NCBI GenBank assembly: GCA_964016885.1
Contig: OZ024741.1
Span: 75,206,001 to 75,270,000, forward strand
Origin: Eledone cirrhosa
Lineage: Eukaryota
Length of the DNA stretch: 64,000 nt
Direction: 5' to 3'
The notes beneath the pieces were generated by a model. It was not told the origin of the DNA and did not search any database. It saw only the letters and a list, made by a program, of their open reading frames with translations. Below, in pieces: positions 1-13,692 of this stretch. The position numbers and the translations under genes were made by a program. Each line of letters begins with the position of its first letter. The first letter of the stretch is position 1.

Positions 1-324
1 AGTCACTGAAAAATAAGTCTTTCAAGACAAATATGTGTGTGTGTGTGTAGTAGTAGTAGTAGTAAAGAGGTTCGTTGTTGTGGTAATGGTCAGCAGGGAT
101 GTGATTTTTGTTTTTAGAATCCAATATCAATAAATTGACCAGGATTTTTTCATTCTGATGATTGAAAGCAAAATTTTTTGCTTTTAAGAAACCACTGGTA
201 AATGGAATAATTGCCTTATGTTGTTTATTACATAACTATTAAGCTCTGTTACCTACATAGAGCACTCTTTTTTCCTGGACTTTTCCGACGGAATTACTTC
301 ATTCACACACACATATATATATAT

Positions 325-620
325 ATCATCATCATCATCACTGTTTAACGGCCTTTTTTCCATACTAGCATGGGTTAGATGAGTTGTCCCATTGTGAGAC
401 ACGTCAGATCTGATGAGCATGTCCTGACTTGGTTTCCATGGCTGAATGCCCTTCCTAATGACAACCACATTTACAATGCTAACTGGGTGCTTTTTATTAT
501 GGAACCAAAATGACCCCTTTGCAGTATGAACTGGGTGCTTTTTGTCGTCACACTAACATTACCACTTTACAGTGTCGACTGGGCAGTTTTTGTCGTATCA
601 CTAATATGACCACTTTACAG
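325..620 (-). mobile_element. RTE-type 3' tail (SINE or LINE 3' UTR fragment) ending in (GAT)n
   Basis: (CAT)n at 325-340 is followed by gtttaacg..ccatactagcatggg, atgcccttcctaa and repeated cactttacagtgt units. This is the reverse complement of the 3' UTR of the RTE at 47560-47853. Confidence 0.75.
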
Positions 621-940
621 TGTGTATTAGTTACAGGGAGTGTGTGTGTGTGTATCGTTGTGTCCGTATGCTTATATATGTGTGTGTGTGTGTGTGTGGG
701 GGGTACCATATATTTCACTTCCATACTGGCATGTTTGGATTGATCATTACAAAGTATGTTAATACTCAGTCAATGTTACTTTGCTTCCAGACAGCTGGCA
801 GGCCACATCTCACTTACTTACTTTTGGTTTTGGCATGGTTTCTACAACAGGATGCTCTTCCTATTACCAACCACTTTACAGGCAGAGTGTAAATATAAAT
901 ATATACTTGACTTGCTACCTGGCATTGCCCAATAAATAAT

Positions 941-1123
941 TGTTTCTACTTTTGGCACAAGGCCAGCAATTATTCCAGTGTATTACTGCTACTTTATTTT
1001 ATCGACCCCGTAAGGATGAAAGGCAAAGTTAACCTGGGCAGGATTTGAACTCAGAGCGTAAAGGGCCATAACTCCATGTTGTGAAGCATGGCATATGACG
1101 CTCTACCAATTCTGCCAATTCAG
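941..1123 (-). mobile_element. tRNA-derived SINE with Meta-like central domain
   Basis: Minus strand has an A box (tggcagaattggtagagc), a B box (gagttcaaatcc) and gcctttcatccttacggggtcgataaaat. TSD caataaataat at 930-940 and 1124-1134. Confidence 0.85.
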
Positions 1124-1984
1124 CAATAAATAATGTGCTGAATTTGTTGCCAGTCTGTTAAATGTGAATCATGGTATATTTGCATGAATATATTATGTCA
1201 GAAACAATGTTTATATTATTTGAGACATAGATATAGATACACCTTTTTACAATATATCATTCACTCCATCTTGAACACTATCAAGCAAACCCCTCAGTCA
1301 TGGATGGTATAAAGAAAACTGGATGTTCTTGTCTGGAATGTCTTTGTCTAATTTCATATTATTCCTCTTCATATAGAATTTTAAGAAGTGAACAATATAT
1401 TTATATATATTATACTTGTAATATCCATGAAAATATAAAAAAAACTGGTTTGTTAATTCAAAGGTATGTGTTTATAAATATTTATAGCATCATTGTGAAA
1501 ATTTAGTGTTAGTCTTAGTGAGGTTTTGTAGTTTTCAAGAATGTCTTGCTGATGTGGTACATGACATTAAGTTAATATTACCTATTTTTGATTAACTACA
1601 CCTCTATAATAGAAGTTTACCTGGCACTGTCCAGGAGATAATGTACTGAATTGGTGGCTATTTTGTTGAATGAGAATCATAGTAATTCTACTGGATGATC
1701 ATGGGTGGAACATTTTAAAATAAGCCCAGATGGTAGATTTTTACAAAGACACTGGATCATCATGGGGGCGGCATTATTAAAAAAAAAAGGTGAATAGTCA
1801 CAGCTGAAGCACCTTCAAGAAAGATGGTAAATGGTCATGGCTAGAGAGCAAAATATAGAAATGACAATTTGAGAGGAGTTGGACATACAAAATTTCACAA
1901 AAATCGTGTGTTTCAGTGTTTGTATGTGAGTGTTTATGTGAGTGTGTATGAAAGAAAGACAGATTGTTTTTATGAGTATGATAT

Positions 1985-2585
1985 TCAGATACATCGGGGG
2001 CCATGTTTATGAGTGATGAAAGGCAGGAAGCTGAATTAAGTGCAAGAATTGCAGGAGCTGGTGCAGTAATGGGCCAGCTTCAGCATTCGGTAATCACAAT
2101 AGGTGTAAAATCTAAACTCATCAATATAAATTCGGTATTCGTGCTAACCCATACTTATGGTCGTGAATCTTAGGTAATGACCAAAAGAATCTGATCATAA
2201 ATGCAAGTAGCTGAAACAGGGTTCCTTTGAAAGGTCTTTGGAGTAACATTACTCAATAGAGTGGGTTGTTCGGAGATCAGAGAGTTACTCCATGTAGAGC
2301 AGCTATTTCTCTGAGATCACAGCTCCGATACTATGGGCATGCGGTTAGAATGTCTCAGGAAAGAACTGATGGACAGATTTTATGGACAAAACCAACTGGT
2401 AGGGAACCCAGGAGTAGACCCTGAGCAAAATAGTTGGATAACATCCATGAGCTTGGCTGGTCTCGCTTGGGGATCAAGCCGGATCAGTTGGAAATGGTTG
2501 CTTCTCACAGGAACTGCTGGAAGGAGTGTTTGGGGACTCTGCCTTCACAACCCTCTCAGGAATAATTGGGCAAAGAAAAAGAAAG
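1985..2585 (+). mobile_element. Degenerate RTE-group LINE 3' fragment (family B, GAA tail)
   Basis: Interrupted frames read ..ARIAGAGAVM..TYGRES..VAETGFL..QLRYYGH.., typical RTE thumb/C-terminus. Homologous to 24130-24726. Confidence 0.7.
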
Positions 2586-3245
2586 TATTCAAATACATGC
2601 TAGCTATTAGCCATTGAGCATAGTAACCAGAAAATAGTAAAAATGCTTCAATGTATACAAACACCAAACAGTATAGAAAAGAAATAGTTGTTTAAATCAG
2701 TGTCAGAGATATCCTTCCATACTTACACCTCAGAGTAAGCAAAAATCAAAAATTGTTTCAAATATCCTTCTCTACTTATAATTCATTGTAAAAATCAAAA
2801 CTTGAAGCTAACACATTTGAAATCACCCTACAAAGCGTGTAAAATGTTATTGATATGAAAAGTGTCACTTGATAAAGTCTGGTTGTTGTCTAAGTTTTCT
2901 GAGTTTGTTTTTGCACATTTACTGTTAGATATTTGTTCATATATGTTTATGTCTTATAAATGGTCTATAGGTATCGTCAGATGTGTGAGTATATATCTAT
3001 TGTCAGTGCATTTGTATGTGTGCAGCTATTGTTGTAGGAATAACGTTGGCAAGAAAATTTTCTTTATTGATTTATATAATAAATATATATTCTTTTCATA
3101 TGAGTAATTTACTTCATGGAATTTAGTGGGAATTACTTTATGCAAAAGAACATGTCTTTAAGATGACATAAATCAGAACATTTTTAGTATAGACTGTCAA
3201 GCTACTATTAAGGTACAAACTTACTAATAGAGCTTTAGTATCATA

Positions 3246-5179
<1,934 letters not shown>

Positions 5180-5420
5180 TTATCACCATCATCTTCATTT
5201 TTGCGTCCACTTTTGTAGGCTATCATAGACTGAATGTCATGGTTTGAGACAATGTTTTACAGTCAAATGCCTTTCCTGATGCTAACCCTTTTAGTTGCCT
5301 CATACAGCACACAAGGATACAGTGTATATGGTGTATATATATATATATCATCATCATCATCATTTTACGTCCGCTTTTCTCTCCTTGATAGATACGCGCA
5401 AGTATATATATATATATATA

Positions 5421-5940
5421 TATATGAATGTATATATAGTGTATTTTGCAATACACTGTATGCTTAATTAAACGATTTCGAAGACCTTACGCTATTGTTT
5501 TAGAGTAGTGACAGTCTCACTTACTTTAAATTTTCAGCAAACAAGGGGAGATAAAGCTGACAGAGCTCTGTTTCGTACTTTTTGGTACTTATCAAAGCTA
5601 AGTACTCCACATCTTTGCTGAAAATAATGAATGTTTGATTCTTATAGAATTCTAGTAATAATCAGGAACTGATTATACAGAGCGGTTTCCGGTCAAGCAG
5701 AAATTGAAAATTAGAATTGGTGCTCTGAAATAGCGATATATATATGAATGTATATATACTGTATTTTGCAATACACTGTATGCTTAATTAAAAGCATTTT
5801 GAAGACCTTACGCTATTGTTTTAGAGTAGTGACAGTCTCACTTACTTTAAATTTTCAGCAAACAAGGCTCTGTTTCGTACTTTTTGGTACTTATCAAAGC
5901 TAAGTACTCCACCTGTTTGCTGAAAATCATGAATGTTTGA
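5421..5940 (-). repeat. Direct tandem repeat (~300-320 bp period) carrying hammerhead motifs; PLE pLTR or retrozyme-like
   Basis: 5421-5640 is repeated at 5741-5940 with few differences. Each copy has the hammerhead stem II/GAAA region on minus. Confidence 0.75.
5555..5599 (-). ncRNA. Type I hammerhead ribozyme, U3:A8 core variant
   Basis: Minus strand reads agct TTGATAA GTAC caaaaa GTAC GAAA CAGAGCTCTG TC agct. Stems I, II and palindromic III all pair. Confidence 0.7.
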
Positions 5941-5986
5941 TACATTTACACAGACGAGAAATGTATATATTCTCGGCTGTCTTCTA

Positions 5987-6059
5987 GTCCAGCAGTCGCA
6001 AGCGGTGGGAGGGACCGTCCTGACGAAGGCCAGTTAAGCCTGAAATGCATCTGCTGGAC
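5987..6059 (+). ncRNA. Type I hammerhead-like motif
   Basis: CTGACGA (6020-6026) AGGC cagttaa GCCT GAAA TGCA TC. gtccagca (5987-5994) is complementary to tgctggac (6052-6059). Confidence 0.55.
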
Positions 6060-6291
6060 ATCACCAGAGGGCGTTAGCCCCCCGGTGTTTGCATAGCTAC
6101 GGCTTCCTAAAACCGTATTTTCTTGGAGATACGAAATACTTATACATATTGTATAAAGCTATGCTTGAAGCGAAATCCTATTTCTTTTTTATATATATAT
6201 ATATACGAGTTCCGCACCCGAACGGAAGTCGAGCGATTCGTGCGACGCACGAAGCTACAGGCACATTTCGGCCGAACGCCACCGACGACCA

Positions 6292-7854
6292 TCTTCTTGG
6301 ACGCCGGCCCCAGGGCAATTTAGCACCCTGGACGCGTTCGTCGATGCCAGCCGTAGCGCCGTAAATCGTTTCGACTTCCGCCACCGTTCCAAACGGAATA
6401 ATATCTCACGGGGCGAACTCCTCCCTCTCCGCTCCCTTCGTAGCCGAGATGACATCGTCATCAAACCGGCGGACAAGGGAGGCGCCGTGGTGGTGTGGCG
6501 CGCGGACCTCTACACGGCCGAAGCCCTCAGGCAGCTCCGTAACCCCCTCTTCTACCGCCCTCTACCCTCCGATCCCACACCCCTCTACCAACAACAAGTT
6601 TCCTCCACCATCCAACACCTTGTCTCCTCCTCCCCCCCCACCGCTTCCCACCTCATCGTCCGCACCCCCCGCACCCCCACCATCTACTTCCTCCCCAAAC
6701 TCCCCAAACCCGACAACTCCGACAACCCCGGCTGCCCCATCGTCTCCGCTTGCAACTGCCCCACCGAACTCATCTTCGCCTTTCTCGACTCCATCCTCGC
6801 CCCCCTTGTCACCACCCTCCCCTCCCACATCTCCGACACCAACTACGCCCTGCGCCTTTTCGACTCCTTCACCTACCCACCCGGCCCACAGCCCTTCCTC
6901 TTCACCCTAGACATCAAGTCCCTCTATACAGTCATCCCCCACGCCGACGGCCTACGCGCCCTCAAACACTACCTCGACCTTCGCCCCTCCCCCATTCCCT
7001 CCGCCCCCACCCTCCTTCGCCTCGCCGAGCTGGTCCTCACCCTCAATTGTTTCTCCTTCTCGGGTGAGTTTTACCAACAGGTCACAGGGGTAGCCATGGG
7101 TACAAGAATGGGCCCAAACTATGCCAACCTTTTTGTTGGCCATGTTGAGGCACAAATCTTTGCCCAGTACACCGGCCCCACGCCCGAACTGTACGGTCGT
7201 TACATCGACGACTGTATCGGAGCCACGACCCTCACCCGAGAACAGCTCGACTCCTTTCTCTCCTTCTTCTGCTCCTTCCACCCCTCCCTCCACTTCACCA
7301 CCTCTATCTCCACCACCCACGTCCACTTCTTAGACATCTCCGTCGCCTTCGACCCCTCCCACCACTCCCTCGTCACTTCCGCCTTCTTCAAACCCACCGA
7401 CTCCCACTCTTACCTCGACTTCACCTCTTCCCACCCCACACACACTAAACACTCTATTCCCTACTCTCAACTCCTCAGGATCCGCTGCCTCTGTAGCCGA
7501 GATGCCGACTTTGAGTCCCAGGCCCTTTCCCTAGTCAGCCATTTCATCCGCAGAGGTTACCCCCCTCTCTCGTCCACACCGCTCTCACCCGCGCTCGTGC
7601 TGTCCACCGCTCCACCACCCTCACCCCTGGCGGACAGATTTACTGAGCACCTCCGGGATATTCGTCTCGGTGGTAGTTCCCCCATCGCCCGCCACTTTGG
7701 TGCCCCTGGACATTCCGCACGCCATCTCACAGTCTGTGGCCTACTCCAATGCCACGGAACCGCCGCCAATCTCCTAAGAGTTGAACAACGAACCATCTTC
7801 ATCTTACAGACCCACACTCCCCGCGGCCTGAACTCCCCACCCTTATCCCTTTAG
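6292..7854 (+). pseudogene. PLE reverse transcriptase plus partial GIY-YIG endonuclease (internally deleted)
   Basis: Motifs SSWTP, KPADKGGAVVV, PIVS, LDIKSLYT, GVAMGTRMGPNYANLF, RYIDD, FLDI and S-H-P, then LADRFTEHLRDIR..PRGLN. The Cys linker and the GIY/YIG motifs are absent. Confidence 0.88.
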
Positions 7855-9075
7855 CCTTCGACCGCCCCCCCCTCCCCCCACACATATCCCTCGCTAACAC
7901 CACTAACACACCCCTCTTTTCACCGCCCACCCCACAACTAACAATACTAACACCTCCACTCCACCCCACATCCGACCACCCTTCCCCAACTAACATACTA
8001 ACATCCCTCCCTTCTTCTGCTCCCCCCTCCTTATCACACGCACACACCCACCGGCACATATATACACGTGCTCACACTAAACACACACACTACTACCACC
8101 ACTAACCATCACCCCCACACATCCACCCCACCACCCCGCAACTAACATCACTAACACCCCCTGACCCCAAGCACACGAACACACGCACACACTTACACCA
8201 CCCACCCTACACGCAACTAACATCACTAACACCCCCCAACCCCACGCACACGTACACACACACCCTCTTACACCACCAACTCTACACACCCTACCACCAC
8301 TGACTCCCACTCACACCCGCATTCAACCCTTTCTCCACCTCCTGTATACTAACACCCACTAACACCCCTTCATCAAACTACACATACACCAGTACACCAC
8401 ACTCCCTCCATAGAACTACACACACCCTTCTCTCCCCGCTCCATCCACACCCTCGCTCCACACTCACTCATCCCACTAACACCTCTACTAATACACACAC
8501 ACACCCTCCTCACTCCCACTTTCACACCTACCCATCCTCGCCCCTTTACCATTCCACCGACTGCTGCTATGCCCACTGACCACCTCCCAGCACAAACAGA
8601 CACACAGCACTCCCACCGCTTGACCACTTCCTGTTGCGCGCGCACCCCACATCTCCCCTCTTCCGACCAATCTTTTCACGGATTACACGTATGTGGACCT
8701 TGACCGCGGAATCAACCACCATCCTAGGATTTTACTAACCATTCCACCACATCTTACGGAATCACCTTTATGACTCACCCACACATACACCCAAAAACTT
8801 GCTTTCACATACACATACACACACGTACACCTACACACACACACCACCTTCAGCCCTCCCCGCTCGGATACCCCGTCTCCCTCTCCCCACTCCACCCGCC
8901 ACCACCCCTACACGCCCCACACCCTTCCACAACCTGTTTTACCCCATTTTAATTTTATTTTGATCATGCTTTTATTTTTAATTTCATTTGCACCGTTTCC
9001 TTCCACCCCCTTTTTGCTATATGTCTCTCCACCACTCTCATACACACCCTTTGAACTCTCTTCCCACACACATTT

Positions 9076-9110
9076 CACCTGAAGAAGGGCTTATGCCCGA
9101 AACGTCGTTC
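9076..9110 (+). ncRNA. Minimal type I hammerhead ribozyme of the PLE pLTR
   Basis: CTGAAGA (9079-9085) a GGGC ttat GCCC GAAA CG TC, with a palindromic minimal stem III (ACGT). Lies at the expected 3' pLTR position. Confidence 0.8.
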
Positions 9111-9194
9111 CCCACCACCACCCCACTCTCAAGAGCGTGAAATTAATAAATATTCGTTGTACAGCCTCTCTGTCTTGTTCCTGTTCAAATTTTC

Positions 9195-9254
<60 letters not shown>

Positions 9255-9260
<6 letters not shown>

Positions 9261-9426
9261 ATACTTTGGGAGGGTCATGTTGCCAATAAGAAACACACGC
9301 ACCAGTTGCTTTCACTTCAATTTATTATATATTTATAAATTTATAAATATATAATAAATTGAAGTGAAAGCAACTGGTGCGTGTGTTTCTTATTGGCAAC
9401 ATGACCCTCCCAAAGTATAACAATAT
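9255..9426. repeat. Perfect ~170-bp palindrome
   Basis: Arms attgttatactttgggagggtc...tttataa and ttataaa...gaccctcccaaagtataacaat, centred at 9339/9340. A third partial copy begins at ~9818. Confidence 0.92.
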
Positions 9427-9480
9427 CGGTTTCAACACACGATTTCAGATAAAGAATCTTGCTAAACAAATTCAGAAACG

Positions 9481-9534
<54 letters not shown>

Positions 9535-9569
9535 TGTGAGAAAAACCACAGACCCTCCATCTCAACTCA

Positions 9570-9607
9570 CCTTTTGAAAAGCAGAAGAACTGCGAAACCG
9601 GTAAAGG
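9570..9607 (+). ncRNA. Type I hammerhead ribozyme, U3:A8 core variant
   Basis: cctt TTGAAAA GCAG aagaa CTGC GAAA CCGG TA aagg. All three stems pair and stem III is palindromic. Confidence 0.72.
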
Positions 9608-9739
9608 AACCAAATAAATATATATATTTTTTTTAAAAATAAGACTCCAGTTGCATTTTCGATTTCATCTCTTTTTCTTTATACTTTCACTCGTGTAGGA
9701 CACCTCGGTTATTTTTCATTTTGTAAAAAAAAACCTCAC

Positions 9740-9823
<84 letters not shown>

Positions 9824-10105
9824 ATACTTTGGGAGGGTCGTACTGCCAATAAAAATACATGCCATATAACAAGTAACACTCTAGTATACGTGTATAATGT
9901 GTTCTCAAAAAATTATTTTCTACAACGTTGTTAGTTACGGAAAATATGAAGAAATTCTTATGAATGTTGTGATTTCATTTTTATATTAATTCATTATTCA
10001 ATGATCCCTTTCTTTTGAATATTGTGAGAGATTTTGGCTGCTATTTCTAGCAGTCAACAACATACCCACACCAAAAATTATACCAATCAGTTAAAGAATT
10101 ACTGT

Positions 10106-10166
<61 letters not shown>

Positions 10167-10659
10167 ATAAAATTATATCTGTATAAATACAGAGTGTAAC
10201 CATGACTGGTCCAACGTGTATAAATATATACACATATCTAATATGCAGGCATGTAAACCTGCCAGAATAAATGTCTTATTTGCGTATGTATATAAACAAA
10301 CACATTTATCAGTCTGTATAGATGTATAAATGTCTTATTTGCGTATTTCTCTGGAGATTGAAAAAGACAAACAAGTTTCAGTTTTTACTAAGACCATCAT
10401 CACTAGCTATCTACATTCCACAGAGAAATACATAAATGAACTTTATATATCCATCAAATGTGGCAGTAACATATACCTGGATGTGTTAATTTGCATAATT
10501 TAATACATAATTTTAGTGCTTATGATGGTAGATAACTCAATTATATATTTAACTGTGTACTAAGCAGCTGAAATATGCTATAAATTCTTATCTGTACATG
10601 TAAAGAATTTAGCTGAATTTGCAAGAACATGTATGTAAATAAACATTTATATCCACAGC

Positions 10660-12220
10660 CCAGAACACTGGGGAGATGAAGCAGATGTTTGAGGAAATGA
10701 ATATTGAGACAGGACCTTTCGCCAGAGAGGAGCTTCAGAGAGTCAAGAAGAGGATCAAGGAGGGCAAGGACCATGAAGAAGATGGAGTGGTATCAGAGGT
10801 GATGAAGAGGTGTGATTTTGATGACAACATCCTGGAGTTCGGTAACCAGGCACTGGAAACGGAGTTGCACCGAATCAGTTGAGAATCAGTAACATCGTCC
10901 CAGTGCCAAAGAAGGGAGATCTCTCTAACACCAACAACTACAGGGAGATCTCACTGATGTCACTTGTGGCAAAGACCCTCAACAGGATGATTCTTAACAG
11001 GATCCAGCCCAAGATGGAGAAGAAGCTCAGGGACAACCAAAATGGCTTCAGAGAGGGAAGATCAACCACCAGTCACATCCTGATGCTGAGGAGGATATTA
11101 GAGGGAGCTAGAGCAACGTGCCTTCCTGCAGTCATGGTTTTCATTGACTTTAGGAAGGCCTTTGATTCTGTGAACCATCACTGCCTGATGAAGATCTTAC
11201 AGGCTTATGGAATCCCCAAGAAGATAGTGGACCTGATATCACTGCTCTACACCAACACCAAAGCCCAAGTCATTACACCTGATAGGATGACAGAGTTCTT
11301 TGAGATACTGGCTGGAGTGCTCCAGGGAGATACATAAGCTACCTACCTTTTTATCATTGCAGTGGACTATTTTATGCGCCTTGCGCTGGAGAAACACCAG
11401 GATTCTGGCTTTACTGTAGCACTGGCTCAGAGCAGGAGAGTTGGGGCGAAAAAGATATCGGATGCTGAATTTGCCGATGACATAGTTCTGGTGACAAACA
11501 CAGTGATGGAGGCAGAGGACAGGAGGTGGAGACTGTGTCGATGAGTGTGAGGCTGAGAATGAATGAGATTAAGATGAAGTATCTGGTAGAGAATATTAAG
11601 AAGCCAGAGAAGATTACTAATGTAGGCGGGAAGCCGCTAGAATTGGTTGAGGACTTCCTGTATTTGGGATCAAAGATTGGGAACACAGAAGATGATGTGG
11701 TCGAGAGGAAGAGCAAAGCCTGGGCGGTGTGCCACAGCTTGAGATCGGTGTGGAAGTCAGACCTTCATAAAGACCTGAAGATCTGTCTCTTCATTGCTGT
11801 AGTGGAGTCTGTGCTGCTGTTTGGGACTGAGACTTGGACACTGACCAAGAAACTCACTCAGATGTTGGATGGGTGCTACACGAGAATTCTGGGGATGGCT
11901 CTGAACATTAATCAGTATACACTGAGGATGAAGAACTCAGAGCTGTAAGGGAGCCTCCCAAAAGTCAGCTCGAGAGTGGCACTTAGGAGACTGAGTTTGG
12001 CTGGGCATGCTCACCTACATCCAGAGTTGACACTGCACTCAGTGCTCCTGTGGGAGCCTCTGCATGGACACACTGGAAGTGGAAGACCGAGGTTAATATA
12101 TGTTGATGCCCTAAGGACCGACACTGGTCTCTTGGGGACGCAGGACATGGCAGCGATAATGAGGGACAGAGACCGCTGGAGAGAACTCGTCCATGGATCT
12201 CGGGAATTTTACCCGCCCTA
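10660..12220 (+). mobile_element. RTE-group non-LTR retrotransposon (family C), 5'-truncated RT pseudogene
   Basis: Consecutive ORFs carry PVPKKGDL, NYREISL, QNGFR, FIDFRKAFDSV, GVLQGD, FADD, FLYLGS and LAGH..GRP, broken by stops and frameshifts. Confidence 0.88.
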
Positions 12221-13692
12221 CACATATATGCTTCATCTAATCCATACTAGCATGGAAAATGGACGTTAAACGATGATGATGATGATAATGATGATATATA
12301 TATGTGTGTGTGTGTGTCCGTGTCCCATAACTTAATTGTTTGATAAAAATTACTGAAATAAATAAATACTGGTGTTTTATAATTGACTAAATACTTTTAA
12401 GGTAGTGTTGTAGCATGGCCATTGTCTAATGATTGAAATCAATAAAGGAATGAAAGAATAGCTTTTTATGAATGATATGACAATTGGTAAAGTTCCTCAT
12501 TAGCTAGTTTTTGTTTCAAACCAAGATTGATTTGACATTTCTCTTTATCTTTTATTGTCACATGGTTTGCAAGTTGTACCATTTAACATAATTATCTCTA
12601 GAATACTCTGTGAGACTTTATGAGAAATGGTACTTGTGACACAAAAGCTAGATTGTAAATGCTTAATCAAATATTCAGGCCGATTCCTGCAGCATGAGAT
12701 ATATATTTGTGGTATAAATTAACAAGTGTAATTCAGTTAGTTATAATGACTTTCTTCTCATCTTCTCAAATGTAATTGACACATATACTCACACACATAC
12801 ATAATTCCACACACATTCACACATATACATAGTTCCACATTAAAATACACACATGTGGTTTCAAACACATGGGTATACATAGACATATGCACGCTGGCAC
12901 AAACATACACATACACATAGTGGTACAAGCATACACACTTATACATGTGTACACATAGACACACCCATCATGGCATAAACATACACACACACTGGCATAC
13001 ATAGACATACACATGGTTGCATAAACATAAACAGTCACTCATATGGATTGACTAATTTAGATAGTGGTTTTCAAATTTACTATAGGTACTAGCACACACA
13101 CGCGCACACACATATATATGTACTAGCACACACACACGCGCACAAACATATATATGTACTAGCACACACACACACACATACACACACATATATCTATTTA
13201 TTAATTCGAAGACCGTCAGTATTCCGTGTGTCATAATTCTCGATTATCATTGGTTCATAGGTTTCAAACGACTCCGCCCACTTCAACGACGCCAAACTGA
13301 AATTAATATGCATAATGCCTATGAGGGAGTGAGAGGGGAGCATGTGAATGCTGTGTTCAATAACTATTAACATGTGTGCGTGTGTATGTACGTGCGCGTA
13401 TGTTTATGTGTGTGTGCGTGCGTGCAGCGTTCCACAGAAAGTAAAATCAATCAACATGTGCGAGTGTGTGCGTGTATAGGTTTGCGTGCGTGTGCGCGTT
13501 TCCGTGCGTGTGCGCGTTTCCGTGCGTGTATGTGTGTGGTGTTCCACAATCGCCACGCAGTTTATCTGTCTGTGTGCCTGTCTGTTAGTCTAACATACAC
13601 AGAGTTGTGAAGGGAGTAAATAGGGACCTTTCTTTAAATTGACGGACATCTTTTATATTTATTATTGTGTCATTTTTTGACAATTGCTCGAA

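Larger units (their letters stand above)
6206..9197 (+). mobile_element. Penelope-like element (Neptune-like), 5'-truncated, inserted in (TA)n
   Basis: RT ORF, then a GIY-YIG C-terminal remnant, a C/A-rich 3' region and a hammerhead at 9079. Flanked on both sides by (TA)n. Confidence 0.9.

Noticed and set aside
1621-1690. Possible minus-strand exon (RITMILIQQNSHQFSTLSPGQCQ); similarly ~22980-23069
   Set aside because: One splice site is weak, and such matches are expected by chance.
6449-8952. Pro- or Gly-rich overlapping and antisense ORFs around the PLE
   Set aside because: Shadows of the extreme C skew, with no recognisable domains.
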